Shown: positions 7,772 to 17,185 of the stretch, in pieces
How the letters are laid out: each line of letters begins with the position of its first letter
Position numbering within the stretch: position 1 is the stretch's first letter
Assembly: GCA_965230895.1 (NCBI GenBank)
Contig: OZ246394.1
Coordinates: forward strand, 569,316-633,315
Reading direction: 5' to 3'
Length of the DNA stretch: 64,000 nt
From: an uncultured Gammaproteobacteria bacterium
Lineage (GTDB): Bacteria > Patescibacteriota > Microgenomatia > Levybacterales > UBA12049
Position numbers and translations under genes: made by a program
The notes under the pieces: model-generated
What the model was told of the DNA's origin: nothing
What the model saw: only the letters and a program-made list of their open reading frames with translations
Database searches by the model: none

Positions 7772-9819
7772 GCCGCAAGCTTATCATCAGTATCACCAGC
7801 AAGTACTCTATCAACTTCTCTTTTCGTAGCAGTTAATCCGTCCTCTTTGGCGACTACAGGCATCTTATTATATATTTCTATTACGCCAGTTAGATATGCT
7901 TGCGCTGCAGTAACTTCTGCCTCACTCGTTATCAGTGGAGTTCTCCAATCTTCCCCTGCACTTGTAGGACTATTTGATCCATCAACTTTTTTGCCTAATT
8001 GATAGATGAGACCACTATTTGTATCTTTGTCTGGACCAACCATCTTGGCTGCAACTTCTCGCAATGGAGCTTTAAATTCAATATCCCATACTGGGAATAT
8101 TTGTCGGATCGCATTTCCCCATTCATGCAAACGATTTTTTAATGCCCTTTGGTCTACCTTGATTTCAGGTTTTTTATTCTTTTTATCTTCTTTTGCGATG
8201 AGTTTTGCTTTCATTGCAGCCGCAGATTTTGCTTCAACTTTTGGTTTAACGTCAACTTGAGCATCAATTTTTGCACTTGTTTGCGTAGACGCAATTGCTT
8301 CAACATTGGTCTGTGAGACAGCTATCATTTCTGTATTTGTTTGAGTCACGATCTGCATACGAGGCGCAACTTGCGCTTCTGTTACAATACCTGGCTGAAC
8401 TTTTACTTCAGGCTTCGTCATCAATTCAGGCTCTGTTTTTATCGGCTGCATTTCCACTTTTCCAGTTGTTATTTGCTCTACAATTCGGCCAGTTGCGAGT
8501 TGGTCTGGAGATGTCTGTAAGAACCTATCAACTTTTAACTGAGCCTCTTTGATATTTGGGACAATTCCAGCTCTCAAATATGCTTGCGCTACTCGCTCTC
8601 GTTGCTCTGCTTCTACTTTTTCTTTTTTTTCTTTCGTTTTCTTATCATCTTCAGGAAGAATATCTAAGTATGAAAGGTTGGCAAGTTCTCGAGTATTTAC
8701 AGAAACGGTTTCGATGTGAGCAACTGGGTTTTGCTCTATTATTCGGTCCTCAGGAACAGCTGGCTTTGATACGATTACAGGTTTCAATTCTTCGGCTACA
8801 GAACGTGTCTGTACAACCTGCGCAATTACTTTTTGCACAGGAGCTGCTGGTGCTTCAACTGTCTTGGCAGGCTGCTCAATCACAGCTTGTGTCTCAACAA
8901 CCACTTCTGGTTTGGGTGCAACTGTTGGTTCTATTGACGGACGAATGATAACCGGAGGCTCTTGAATGACAGTTTCAAAAACTTTCATTTCAGGTTTCGC
9001 AGTTGGTTCAACGATTGCCTCAGTCGGAGTTGAGATTACTTCGGTTGGGACTATTTTTTCGACAGGTACGTTTACTTTTTCTTCTAAATCTACTTTTGAC
9101 TGTGTAACTTCTTTTGGTTGTGTTTGTACTTCTGGTTGATTCACTTTTTCTAAGGAAACAACGGGTGAAACGACTTTCTCTACAGCAATATCTGATTTTT
9201 GCTCTACGTTAGCATCTGGTTGAGGTGCTTTGGATTCTGGAAGCTTTACTTGAGCATCTTTAACATGGTTATTATTTATCTCATTATTGAAAGGAGCAGA
9301 TTGCGAAACATTTTCTTTTGAAACCAGACTTTTCGGAGTGGCTTCAGCATGAGGTTTAAACTCTGGTAGTTTATCTAGTCTCGTATTTGCACTTGATTGT
9401 GGGATAACTGCAGCTACTTCAATATTTCCTTTTTTAGCTCCATTGGATGAAGTTGCTTCGGGAGCTTTTGATTTAGGAGTGTTTTCTTTTACCAAAGAGA
9501 CCGCTGGAGAAGATTCTGTAAGTGAATCCATCCGAGGTGTTCTTGCCGAAGATTCCATAAATCCTCCAGTTTTGTTACCAACTGATCGGCTTGATTGGAA
9601 TTTGCTTCCTTCGAGAGAAAGTGAAGGTTTTGATACAGAACCGAGGGAAGGTCTGCTTTCAGAACTTTTACCAAATGATGCAAGTCCTCGTGAAGAAAAT
9701 GAAGAAGTCATTCCAGATCCGGATCCTCGTTCTATACCACCACCGAAGCCGCGTCCTCCACTTAATGTGGCTGTTCCGCCGCCTCGTGATCCTCCTGATA
9801 TTCCACCTGTTTTTGCCAT
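7768..9819 (-). CDS. Large (683 aa) predominantly disordered protein with Gly/Arg-rich (RGG-like) N-terminus and a small folded C-terminal domain
   Basis: Uninterrupted ORF with a typical K/E/P/V/T-rich low-complexity body. No signal peptide or TM. N-terminus GGSRGGGTATLSGGRGFGGG. Confidence 0.55.
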   Translation of the reverse strand: MAKTGGISGGSRGGGTATLSGGRGFGGGIERGSGSGMTSSFSSRGLASFGKSSESRPSLGSVSKPSLSLEGSKFQSSRSVGNKTGGFMESSARTPRMDSLTESSPAVSLVKENTPKSKAPEATSSNGAKKGNIEVAAVIPQSSANTRLDKLPEFKPHAEATPKSLVSKENVSQSAPFNNEINNNHVKDAQVKLPESKAPQPDANVEQKSDIAVEKVVSPVVSLEKVNQPEVQTQPKEVTQSKVDLEEKVNVPVEKIVPTEVISTPTEAIVEPTAKPEMKVFETVIQEPPVIIRPSIEPTVAPKPEVVVETQAVIEQPAKTVEAPAAPVQKVIAQVVQTRSVAEELKPVIVSKPAVPEDRIIEQNPVAHIETVSVNTRELANLSYLDILPEDDKKTKEKKEKVEAEQRERVAQAYLRAGIVPNIKEAQLKVDRFLQTSPDQLATGRIVEQITTGKVEMQPIKTEPELMTKPEVKVQPGIVTEAQVAPRMQIVTQTNTEMIAVSQTNVEAIASTQTSAKIDAQVDVKPKVEAKSAAAMKAKLIAKEDKKNKKPEIKVDQRALKNRLHEWGNAIRQIFPVWDIEFKAPLREVAAKMVGPDKDTNSGLIYQLGKKVDGSNSPTSAGEDWRTPLITSEAEVTAAQAYLTGVIEIYNKMPVVAKEDGLTATKREVDRVLAGDTDDKLAA

Positions 9820-10121
9820 ATATGTATATCTCCTTTAAAGTTACAGTTTGTAATCATTTCTTTATTTCTTGATAAGTTGCACATGCAAACTGTATCTTCA
9901 ATGAGGAGTATAACGCTGGAGGCTAAGTTACACTTGATACTAACCTTACAAAATCCTTACAACACACAAGTCTTTTCCTTTACGATGAAACGAAAATAAA
10001 CAAAAAAATGCTAGATTTAGCCTTTGAATTCATTCAGAAACTATTTTCATTCGTTTTATAAGGTATATATCAAGTGAGTTTCCTGATTCTGCATATACTG
10101 TAACCAGAAGGAGAAACAATT

Positions 10122-10376
10122 ATGACATTCAAAATGCTATTTGGAAAGCCAGAGACAAAAGCAGCAAACGCTTGGAAAAAGAAAATGGAAGAACGAGAAA
10201 TTGAAAAGAATATTTTCCATACTACGGGAAGACTCCAAGAATCTCGAGCATTTGCTGAGACAGCAATGGAAGAAATTACTTTACCTATGCAAACGCCTGA
10301 AGTAGCTATCAAACCAATTGTAGTCTTTTCAAGAGATTTACTAACGCCAATGGATTTTATCAAGATGGCAATGTAA
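10122..10376 (+). CDS. Small hypothetical protein (84 aa)
   Basis: Strong Shine-Dalgarno GAAGGAGA 7 nt upstream of the ATG; convergent 17-nt overlap with the rnhB stop. Confidence 0.4.
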   Translation: MTFKMLFGKPETKAANAWKKKMEEREIEKNIFHTTGRLQESRAFAETAMEEITLPMQTPEVAIKPIVVFSRDLLTPMDFIKMAM

Positions 10377-10980
10377 ATTTGGATAAGTTAAATGAAGTCC
10401 TGTGTAAATCACATAAACCAAATTGTTTGATTGCTTCGCGATGCTTCTTTGTCCCGTACCCTTTATTTGTGAAGAAATCATATTTTTCATATTGTGAATG
10501 CAGTTTTTCCATTAGCTCATCTCTATACACCTTTGCAATAATGGATGCAGCGGCAATTGAGATACTGATGCTATCTCCTTTGATTATTGGCGTTTGCATT
10601 TTTGGTGTTATTGATTGGATCAGAAAAGCATCCATAAGAATATGTTGAGGTTCGTGCTTTAAATTTTTAACTGCTTGTGTAAATGCCATTTGTGCAGCTT
10701 TTCCCACTCCAATCTTATTAATGACTGGAACTGAGATTTCAGCGATAGAATAACTAAGCGCATGCTCTTTAATAATGGCAGATAATTCTTTACGGACTTT
10801 TGCTGAAAGCTTTTTGGAATCATTAATCTTATCTGTAGCCTTAAAATTTGAAGGAAGTACTACTGCAGCTGCTACAACCGGACCAGCAAAACATCCTCTT
10901 CCCACTTCATCAACCCCAGCGACATGCTGTATTCCAGCATCCCAATATTTTCTTTCATGTTCAAATGTTGGTAATATCAT
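10360..10980 (-). CDS. rnhB: Ribonuclease HII
   Basis: Motif GVDEVGRGCFAGPVVAAAVVL typical of the RNase HII N-terminus (DEVGRG); length 206 aa. Confidence 0.9.
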   Translation of the reverse strand: MILPTFEHERKYWDAGIQHVAGVDEVGRGCFAGPVVAAAVVLPSNFKATDKINDSKKLSAKVRKELSAIIKEHALSYSIAEISVPVINKIGVGKAAQMAFTQAVKNLKHEPQHILMDAFLIQSITPKMQTPIIKGDSISISIAAASIIAKVYRDELMEKLHSQYEKYDFFTNKGYGTKKHREAIKQFGLCDLHRTSFNLSKFTLPS

Positions 10981-10989
10981 AAAACAAAT

Positions 10990-11065
10990 GTCATCCTAAG
11001 TCCCTGTAAGGGAGAACTTGTTTCAGGATCTTTAATGAAAGATTCCGAAATAAATTCGGAATGAC
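10990..11065 (+). repeat. Two-hairpin interspersed intergenic repeat, copy A (76 nt, with a 16-nt hairpin insertion)
   Basis: gtcatcct[aagtccctgtaaggga]gaacttgtttcaggatc tttaatgaaa gattccgaaataaattcggaatgac; related copies at 12368, 42611 and 52921. Confidence 0.7.
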
Positions 11066-11072
11066 AATAAAA

Positions 11073-12290
11073 TTATTCCAGTAAACTTTCCTGCTCTCCT
11101 CCTTCAGAAAGAAGTGTCGAAGCCTCCAAGCTTGGAAGCGATGGCAAAGAAGATCCTAGAATCCCTTGGAGCTCTCCATACATTGAGGCTGTATTCCCCA
11201 TTAACCTGTTTAATTGCATTTCCCGTTTCTTCCAGATCCGTACTGTCGAACGTTTTTCAGTTTCTAAATCCTGCGACAATGCGATCAAACTTTCAACTTG
11301 GGTTTCAAATTTATTTCGGAATCCATCTTTTGTTAGATAATTAAACAATGCTTCCAATCGCTCATCTTTATGTGCTGCCGTTGCCCGGGCGATAGCGACT
11401 TCCATCAAACCTGTACGAACGACACTCGCCAAAGGAATCGCATATTTATAACTTGTCACCCAAACACCTTCATAAAATTTGAATGTATCTATTCCTTCCG
11501 GCAAAACATCACTGACAATGATTGCGACACTTGCATCGACCCTCCTTTTATCATCACGCAATTTTGTTGTCCATGAACCACTCCATGCTTTGGTTCTTTT
11601 CGTTTCCCAAAGAATCATTCCAGCCATATTGCCAAATTTATTCTTCACTTTTTGCATCAGATCAGCACCATCAATTCCTTTTGGAACAGGGACAATTTCA
11701 TCAGTTGCAAAGACTTCACGCAATTGATTCTCTAGATCTAATTCCAGGACTTCTCCTTGCAATTGCTGAGAACCTTGTTGTGCTTTTCTTTGCGCATCTT
11801 CCAAAGCCTTTTGCGTATCTTCAAGTTTTTTCTGCAACTCAAGTTCCTTTAGCCGAGATTCTTCTTTAACTGCTTTTGAAACTTCAAGTTCAATTGATTC
11901 CCGCTCTTTCAAAAGTTTCTTTTGCATCTCAAGCTCACGCTCTTTATCTTTTTGTGTTAAGCTACGAATGTCTTTTGTTAATTCAAGAATTTGTTCTTGC
12001 AGTTCCTTATTTCGTTTGCTCGCTTCTTCCGCTTCGTTTTGAGAGTTTTTTAATTGTAACTCCAGCGTCTCTTTGGCACGCTTCATAGCACGTTCTTCGG
12101 CTTCAAGTTTTGCTTTTTCAAGCGCTTCTTTATGTTCTGCTGCTTGCTTCTCTGCTTCAAGTTGGATCTTTTCAAGTTCTGCTTTATGCGTTGCAGTCTG
12201 CTCTTCACGGATGGTCTCACGCATCTGATGAGTAAAGGCTTCGGAGAGTTCAACTGGCTTACCACAATGAGGACATTTAACGTTATTCAT
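11073..12290 (-). CDS. DUF2130-like protein: N-terminal zinc ribbon, long coiled coil, conserved C-terminal domain
   Basis: CPHCGKPV zinc-ribbon start and an E/K/Q-rich coiled coil. The C-terminal block MILWETKRTKAWSGSWTTKLRDD...IIVSDVLPEGI resembles the DUF2130 family. Confidence 0.55.
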   Translation of the reverse strand: MNNVKCPHCGKPVELSEAFTHQMRETIREEQTATHKAELEKIQLEAEKQAAEHKEALEKAKLEAEERAMKRAKETLELQLKNSQNEAEEASKRNKELQEQILELTKDIRSLTQKDKERELEMQKKLLKERESIELEVSKAVKEESRLKELELQKKLEDTQKALEDAQRKAQQGSQQLQGEVLELDLENQLREVFATDEIVPVPKGIDGADLMQKVKNKFGNMAGMILWETKRTKAWSGSWTTKLRDDKRRVDASVAIIVSDVLPEGIDTFKFYEGVWVTSYKYAIPLASVVRTGLMEVAIARATAAHKDERLEALFNYLTKDGFRNKFETQVESLIALSQDLETEKRSTVRIWKKREMQLNRLMGNTASMYGELQGILGSSLPSLPSLEASTLLSEGGEQESLLE

Positions 12291-12367
12291 AGGAATACCA
12301 TAATAAACCTAGAAAGAATATTGCGCAAGTATCGACACACCGTACAGAATAAAAAACTATATTTGGG

Positions 12368-12392
12368 GATCCTGAAACAAGTTCAGGATGAC
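12368..12392 (-). repeat. Interspersed hairpin repeat, copy B (first hairpin only, reverse orientation)
   Basis: gatcctgaaacaagttcaggatgac is the reverse complement of gtcatcctgaacttgtttcaggatc. Confidence 0.65.
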
Positions 12393-12418
12393 AGCGATAT
12401 TTATGCTAAAATAACTGT

Positions 12419-12820
12419 ATGAAAACGGTGCTTCGATCAATTGCAATTTACCTCTTTGCACTTTATTTCTTACCTCAAATGATTCCAGGATTTACCCTTG
12501 AAGGAGGATTTTGGACGCTTGTTATCGGTGCAACGACATTAGCTCTCATGTTCTTAATATTAAAACCAATATTGAACATTATCAGTTTTCCTGTGAACCT
12601 TATCACGCTCGGACTTTTTTCAATCGTCATCAATGCGTTTATCCTTTATTTGCTAACAATTGTTGTTCCTGAAATTACTGTCCAACCATTTAGTTATCCA
12701 AGAACAGAACTTTCTGGATTTATACTTCCAAAGACTGAGTTTAATACGTTCTTTGCATATGCTTATTCTGCTTTTGTTTTAGCAACAATTAATTCTGTCA
12801 TCCGTTGGCTTATAAAATAG
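12419..12820 (+). CDS. Small 4-TM membrane protein of the Phage_holin_4_2 / YvlD-like family
   Basis: GFWTLVIGATTLALMFLILKPILNIISFPVNLITLGLFSIVINAFILYLL matches the family pattern of repeated ILKP/LTLG helices. Confidence 0.5.
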   Translation: MKTVLRSIAIYLFALYFLPQMIPGFTLEGGFWTLVIGATTLALMFLILKPILNIISFPVNLITLGLFSIVINAFILYLLTIVVPEITVQPFSYPRTELSGFILPKTEFNTFFAYAYSAFVLATINSVIRWLIK

Positions 12821-12821
12821 T

Positions 12822-13778
12822 ATGTCAAAACACCTCAAAATAGTTTGCCTCGGTGGAGGCAAAGGAACCAGTAGCCTGATCCAAGGATTAAAAGACTTTG
12901 ATCCCGAACTTACGGTCATTACCTCAATGGCTGATGATGGTGGCTCTTCAGGAAGATTACGAAAAACATACAACATCATGCCACCTGGCGATATTGTCGC
13001 TTGTATCGCTGCTTTAATACCTGATAAGGAAATGTCAGCATTATTGACGCATAGGTTTCCTGGTAACAATAAAACTTCAAAGGAATTAGGCGGACACAAA
13101 CTTGGGAATCTCATGATGCTAGCAGAAATCCAACGGACAGGAGACTTTTATAAAGCCCTTGATGCTGTGAAACAGATCTTTGGTGTCACAGCCGATATCC
13201 TCCCTGCAACAGATGAGAGGACAAGACTAAGTGCTTTTACAATTGATGGTCGAAGACTCCATAGTGAGACAACAATGGATTTGGCATTGTATGCAGAGCC
13301 TTATGGCATCAAAAAGATATATCTTACACCCAAAACACCAAAGGTTAATCCACTCGTTGTCAAAAAACTTATGGATGCAGATGTTATTATCAGTGGACCT
13401 GGAGATCTTTATACTAATCAATTACCCGTGCTAATCGTTCCTCAAATTAAAGATGCATTATTTAAAAGTAAAGCTAAAAAGTTATTTGTACTCAATATTG
13501 CGAATAAACCTTTTGAGACAAAGGATTTTACGTTGGACAGTTTTGTCAAAGCTTTTGAAGAACATCTAGGGGATTTTCCATTTGATACTGTAATTGCAAA
13601 CCGAAACAGTTCAATACCTATTCCTAAAAAATATCGTTATGCGTATATACCTTTGGATTCAAAAGAAGAGAGGAAACGACAATATAAGCTTGAGACAGAT
13701 GATCTGGTGAATCGAGATTTTCCACTCTACCATGATTCCCACAAACTTGCTCAGCTGGTCATGAAGTCAATTGGATAA
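12822..13778 (+). CDS. YvcK/CofD-like (UPF0052) gluconeogenesis-factor family protein
   Basis: N-terminal KIVCLGGGKGTSSLIQGLK (glycine-rich loop) and SMADDGGSSGRLR motif characteristic of the YvcK/CofD family. Confidence 0.8.
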   Translation: MSKHLKIVCLGGGKGTSSLIQGLKDFDPELTVITSMADDGGSSGRLRKTYNIMPPGDIVACIAALIPDKEMSALLTHRFPGNNKTSKELGGHKLGNLMMLAEIQRTGDFYKALDAVKQIFGVTADILPATDERTRLSAFTIDGRRLHSETTMDLALYAEPYGIKKIYLTPKTPKVNPLVVKKLMDADVIISGPGDLYTNQLPVLIVPQIKDALFKSKAKKLFVLNIANKPFETKDFTLDSFVKAFEEHLGDFPFDTVIANRNSSIPIPKKYRYAYIPLDSKEERKRQYKLETDDLVNRDFPLYHDSHKLAQLVMKSIG

Positions 13779-13813
13779 ATTTAAGTTTGTAAATCAAACC
13801 TGTCTGGTATATA

Positions 13814-14047
13814 ATGCTAAGTATGGATATGGCTCTTTCAATCATCCAAATTTTGATCTCAGTTCTGCTTGTTGCAGCAATTTTGCTTCAGGCTCCGGGA
13901 ACAGGTCTTTCACCAGTATTTGGTGGAGGTGGAGAAGCGTACCGAAGTAAAAGAAGTGCGCAAAAATTCCTCGTTATCGCAACTATTGGTCTTTCAGCCG
14001 CTTTAGTCCTTCTATCAATTACACTTCTGGTACTACAAAACAGATAA
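13814..14047 (+). CDS. secG: Preprotein translocase subunit SecG
   Basis: 77 aa, two TM helices, the LLQAPGTGLSPVFGGGGEAYRSKRS signature (LLQ...FGGG...R.KRG-like). Confidence 0.65.
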   Translation: MLSMDMALSIIQILISVLLVAAILLQAPGTGLSPVFGGGGEAYRSKRSAQKFLVIATIGLSAALVLLSITLLVLQNR

Positions 14048-14063
14048 AAAAGAAAAGAGTACT

Positions 14064-15446
14064 ATGGCAGTTATTCGTAAACGACTCATATTCTGGCTAA
14101 TCAAAGCTTACATCAAAAAGTCTGGAAAGGTGCTTCTTCTTGCTTTTGTAGGAATTACACTTCTTTTCGGAGGATTATTTTTTGCTTCCCGATACTTTTC
14201 CTATTTCTCCCAGATTACGATTCCATTTGCAAAAAAGGAAACAATTGGTTTAGTTGGAGCGTACACCCAAGATACTCTCCCGAGAGAAGTCGTTTCAAAG
14301 CTTTCATCTGGACTTACAACACTTGGTGAGGATGGAAGTATTAAACCTGGATTGGCAGAGACTTGGGAGACACTTGATAATGGAAAAACATATAAATTCA
14401 ATTTAAAGAAAGATCTTAAATTTAATAATGGTAAAGAGATTACTTCGGAAACAATTAACTATAATTTCGCTGATGTTACTGTAGAAAAACCTGATAAGTA
14501 TACAATTATCTATAAATTAAAAGATGCCTATTCACCGTTTCTGGTAACTGCTTCTCGACCGGTATTTGATAAAGGGTATGCTGGAGTTGGAGATTATAGG
14601 ATTGAAAAAGTGGACCTAAATGGTAATTTCGTTCAATCGTTAACACTTGCTTCGGTCAAAAACAGACAGGATACAATTCACTATGAATTTTACCCAAGTG
14701 AGGAAGCGTTGAAAATGGCATTTCTTTTGGGAGAAGTTTCTGAGGTTCGAGGGCTTGTAACGAATCACTATCAGGAAGCATCATTCAAAGCTTTTCCAAA
14801 TGTGACGGTACAAGAAAGTGCAAATTATGATAGACTTGTCACCCTCTTTTTTAATACTACTGATGGAACTCTGTCTGATAAAAAGATCCGTATCGCTTTA
14901 AGTTATGCAATCCCTGATACTTTCCCTGAAGGACAACGCGCATACTTACCGTATTCACCAAGATCCACTTTTTATAATGCCGAAGTTGAAACAAGAAAGC
15001 ACGATATTAATCGGGCAAAGCTCCTTTTACTCCCGGCTGAAGGCGCGAGTGCAAGTGCTCAGACCACTGCACCAAAGGAATTAACAATTCAAACATTGCG
15101 AAAGTATAAGCCGACAGCTGATGCAATCTCAGCTTCCTGGAAGGAACTAGGTATTAATACTAAAGTTGAAGAAGTTGATGGAATACCAAATGGCTACCAA
15201 ATTTTCCTTGGTGATTTCAGTGTTCCACGCGATCCTGATCAGTACACGATCTGGCATAGTGATCAGAGAAACAATATTACTCGATACAAAAATTTGAGAA
15301 TTGATAAGCTTCTTGAAGATGGAAGAAAGACTGTCGATCCAGCACAACGAAAACAACTTTATGCTGATTTTCAAAAATACTTAATGGAAGATGCACCAGC
15401 CGCTTTTCTCTATTTCCCTACAGAATATAGTGTTGTAAGAAAGTAA
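14064..15446 (+). CDS. Membrane-anchored solute-binding protein, family 5 (peptide/nickel ABC SBP-like), orphan
   Basis: N-terminal TM anchor; overall SBP_bac_5-like architecture and length (460 aa); no adjacent permease or ATPase genes. Confidence 0.5.
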   Translation: MAVIRKRLIFWLIKAYIKKSGKVLLLAFVGITLLFGGLFFASRYFSYFSQITIPFAKKETIGLVGAYTQDTLPREVVSKLSSGLTTLGEDGSIKPGLAETWETLDNGKTYKFNLKKDLKFNNGKEITSETINYNFADVTVEKPDKYTIIYKLKDAYSPFLVTASRPVFDKGYAGVGDYRIEKVDLNGNFVQSLTLASVKNRQDTIHYEFYPSEEALKMAFLLGEVSEVRGLVTNHYQEASFKAFPNVTVQESANYDRLVTLFFNTTDGTLSDKKIRIALSYAIPDTFPEGQRAYLPYSPRSTFYNAEVETRKHDINRAKLLLLPAEGASASAQTTAPKELTIQTLRKYKPTADAISASWKELGINTKVEEVDGIPNGYQIFLGDFSVPRDPDQYTIWHSDQRNNITRYKNLRIDKLLEDGRKTVDPAQRKQLYADFQKYLMEDAPAAFLYFPTEYSVVRK

Positions 15447-15448
15447 GC

Positions 15449-16267
15449 TTATTTTTGAGCCTTAAGAAATGCTAACGTTCCAGCATCATAAAGCTCATTG
15501 GTGAATAATAATTCGAACGGTTCTTGCTTCTCCTGAACGTCATCGGCATGTCCGACAAATACAAAAGTTACTTTATGACTCAAAGTAAATAATTCTTCAC
15601 CCATTTCTAAATCTGATGGACTATCTCCGAAGATATAGAATTTCTCTGGAACAATATTCTTTTCACTCATCCAACGTATGTATTGCCTGATAGCATGACG
15701 TTTGTTTGCATCCTTGTGTTTGATATTTATACCAATGCGGTCGTATGATGCAGTCAAGTACGCATAATCTTTAATTTCATCACGAAATACAGCAACTATT
15801 TCATTTCCTCCATCTCTAAAGTAATCTTTGCCACTATTTGCTTCCATTGTAAATTGTGTATGCTTTTCGTGTTCAACAGATCCGATATTATGGAATTTCT
15901 CTGCAACCTTGTTTAATCTTTTCCGCAAGTCTTTTGGGATAGAAAATTCTGGGTTGTAACGAATTTCTCTTCGACCACCCTTATGAAACGCATATGCTCC
16001 ACTAAACTCACCAGAGACATATAAATTGTTAAGCATATTCTTATCCATTCGAGGATGTTCTTCCAAATATAGCTCAAGCACAGAGATAACTTGCTGGTGT
16101 AGCCAACCTATCCCTCTCCCACTAATAAGAGCAACAGGTGTACCATCAGCTAGCATTTGAGTTATTCTTTCGATAAGCTCTGGCTTTGTGATTTTCTTTT
16201 CGATTGGACTTGTGATGACTCCATCTACATCAAAGATATATGCATTCATGGGAACATTGTAGTACAA
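15449..16267 (-). CDS. HAD-superfamily hydrolase/phosphatase
   Basis: N-terminal FDVDGVIT (DxDG HAD motif I) and C-terminal GDSPSD (motif IV). Confidence 0.6.
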   Translation of the reverse strand: MYYNVPMNAYIFDVDGVITSPIEKKITKPELIERITQMLADGTPVALISGRGIGWLHQQVISVLELYLEEHPRMDKNMLNNLYVSGEFSGAYAFHKGGRREIRYNPEFSIPKDLRKRLNKVAEKFHNIGSVEHEKHTQFTMEANSGKDYFRDGGNEIVAVFRDEIKDYAYLTASYDRIGINIKHKDANKRHAIRQYIRWMSEKNIVPEKFYIFGDSPSDLEMGEELFTLSHKVTFVFVGHADDVQEKQEPFELLFTNELYDAGTLAFLKAQK

Positions 16268-16326
16268 AGCACCAATGAACTCTAGAGCATTTTGACAGCC
16301 CGGAGGATTTTTATTATAATTCCGGG

Positions 16327-17184
16327 ATGAGCAATGTTGAATCAGGACAAGGAGCCCGAAGAAAAAACAGAATGACAGAACTCCTAAAAAAGAGACCTGC
16401 TGTGGACAGAAAAATGCGTTCTGTTACTAGTGCAATAAGCGCGACAGATACGGCAATTAGAGAAAGAACCGCAAATACACAAGTGGATTTAGCAGATCAT
16501 CGAGCAAACGCTGCATACCATGAAAGAGCTGCTGCAGAACATAGAGCAGGAGCTGCTGCTGCTGAAAAAAGAATAGGAGAAGAAAGTATAGATCTCCAAT
16601 CAGAAAGAGATGCACAGACTGCAGCTTTGCGTCCGTTAGAAGACGAAAGGATAGTTATTGATGCCAATCTTGCTGAGTATCGCAAAGTAGCAGATAAGAT
16701 TGGAGTACTATCAAGAGAATCTACAACTGAAAGAGAACGAGCAGAAATAGTAGAATTTTTCGTATCTGATAAGGGACACGAAATGCTAACTGATCTGAGA
16801 GAAGTAGAAGGTGTTGATTTCGCGGGGCCAGAGACATTTCGCGCAAGACAAGATCCATCTGTTATTGCAGAACAAACTGCTGGACCCGATGCTACAGAAA
16901 AGGCACGATTACGTGCGCTTGCACGAGCCGGCGATCCAGATGCAATTATTTCTTATTTTGTTGGTACAGAATCTGAAGAGAAGATCCGAAGACGACTCGA
17001 TATCTATGGATTTGGCAACGAAGAGTATATGGATAAACTTGATAATGAAATCAACAAGCGACTGGAAAGAGATGCAGTTTCAGATAATCCTTCACAATTG
17101 CTTAGGGCAGTCTATCCAGAAAGATTTACACAGGTTGTAACAGATGGAGTTCCTCGCCAAATTTATAGTGCTGACACCAAGTAA
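16327..17184 (+). CDS. Hypothetical protein, charged and alanine-rich, encoded by a locally GC-richer segment
   Basis: 285-aa ORF without recognisable motifs; nucleotide composition visibly more GC-rich than its neighbours. Confidence 0.4.
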   Translation: MSNVESGQGARRKNRMTELLKKRPAVDRKMRSVTSAISATDTAIRERTANTQVDLADHRANAAYHERAAAEHRAGAAAAEKRIGEESIDLQSERDAQTAALRPLEDERIVIDANLAEYRKVADKIGVLSRESTTERERAEIVEFFVSDKGHEMLTDLREVEGVDFAGPETFRARQDPSVIAEQTAGPDATEKARLRALARAGDPDAIISYFVGTESEEKIRRRLDIYGFGNEEYMDKLDNEINKRLERDAVSDNPSQLLRAVYPERFTQVVTDGVPRQIYSADTK

Positions 17185-17185
17185 T

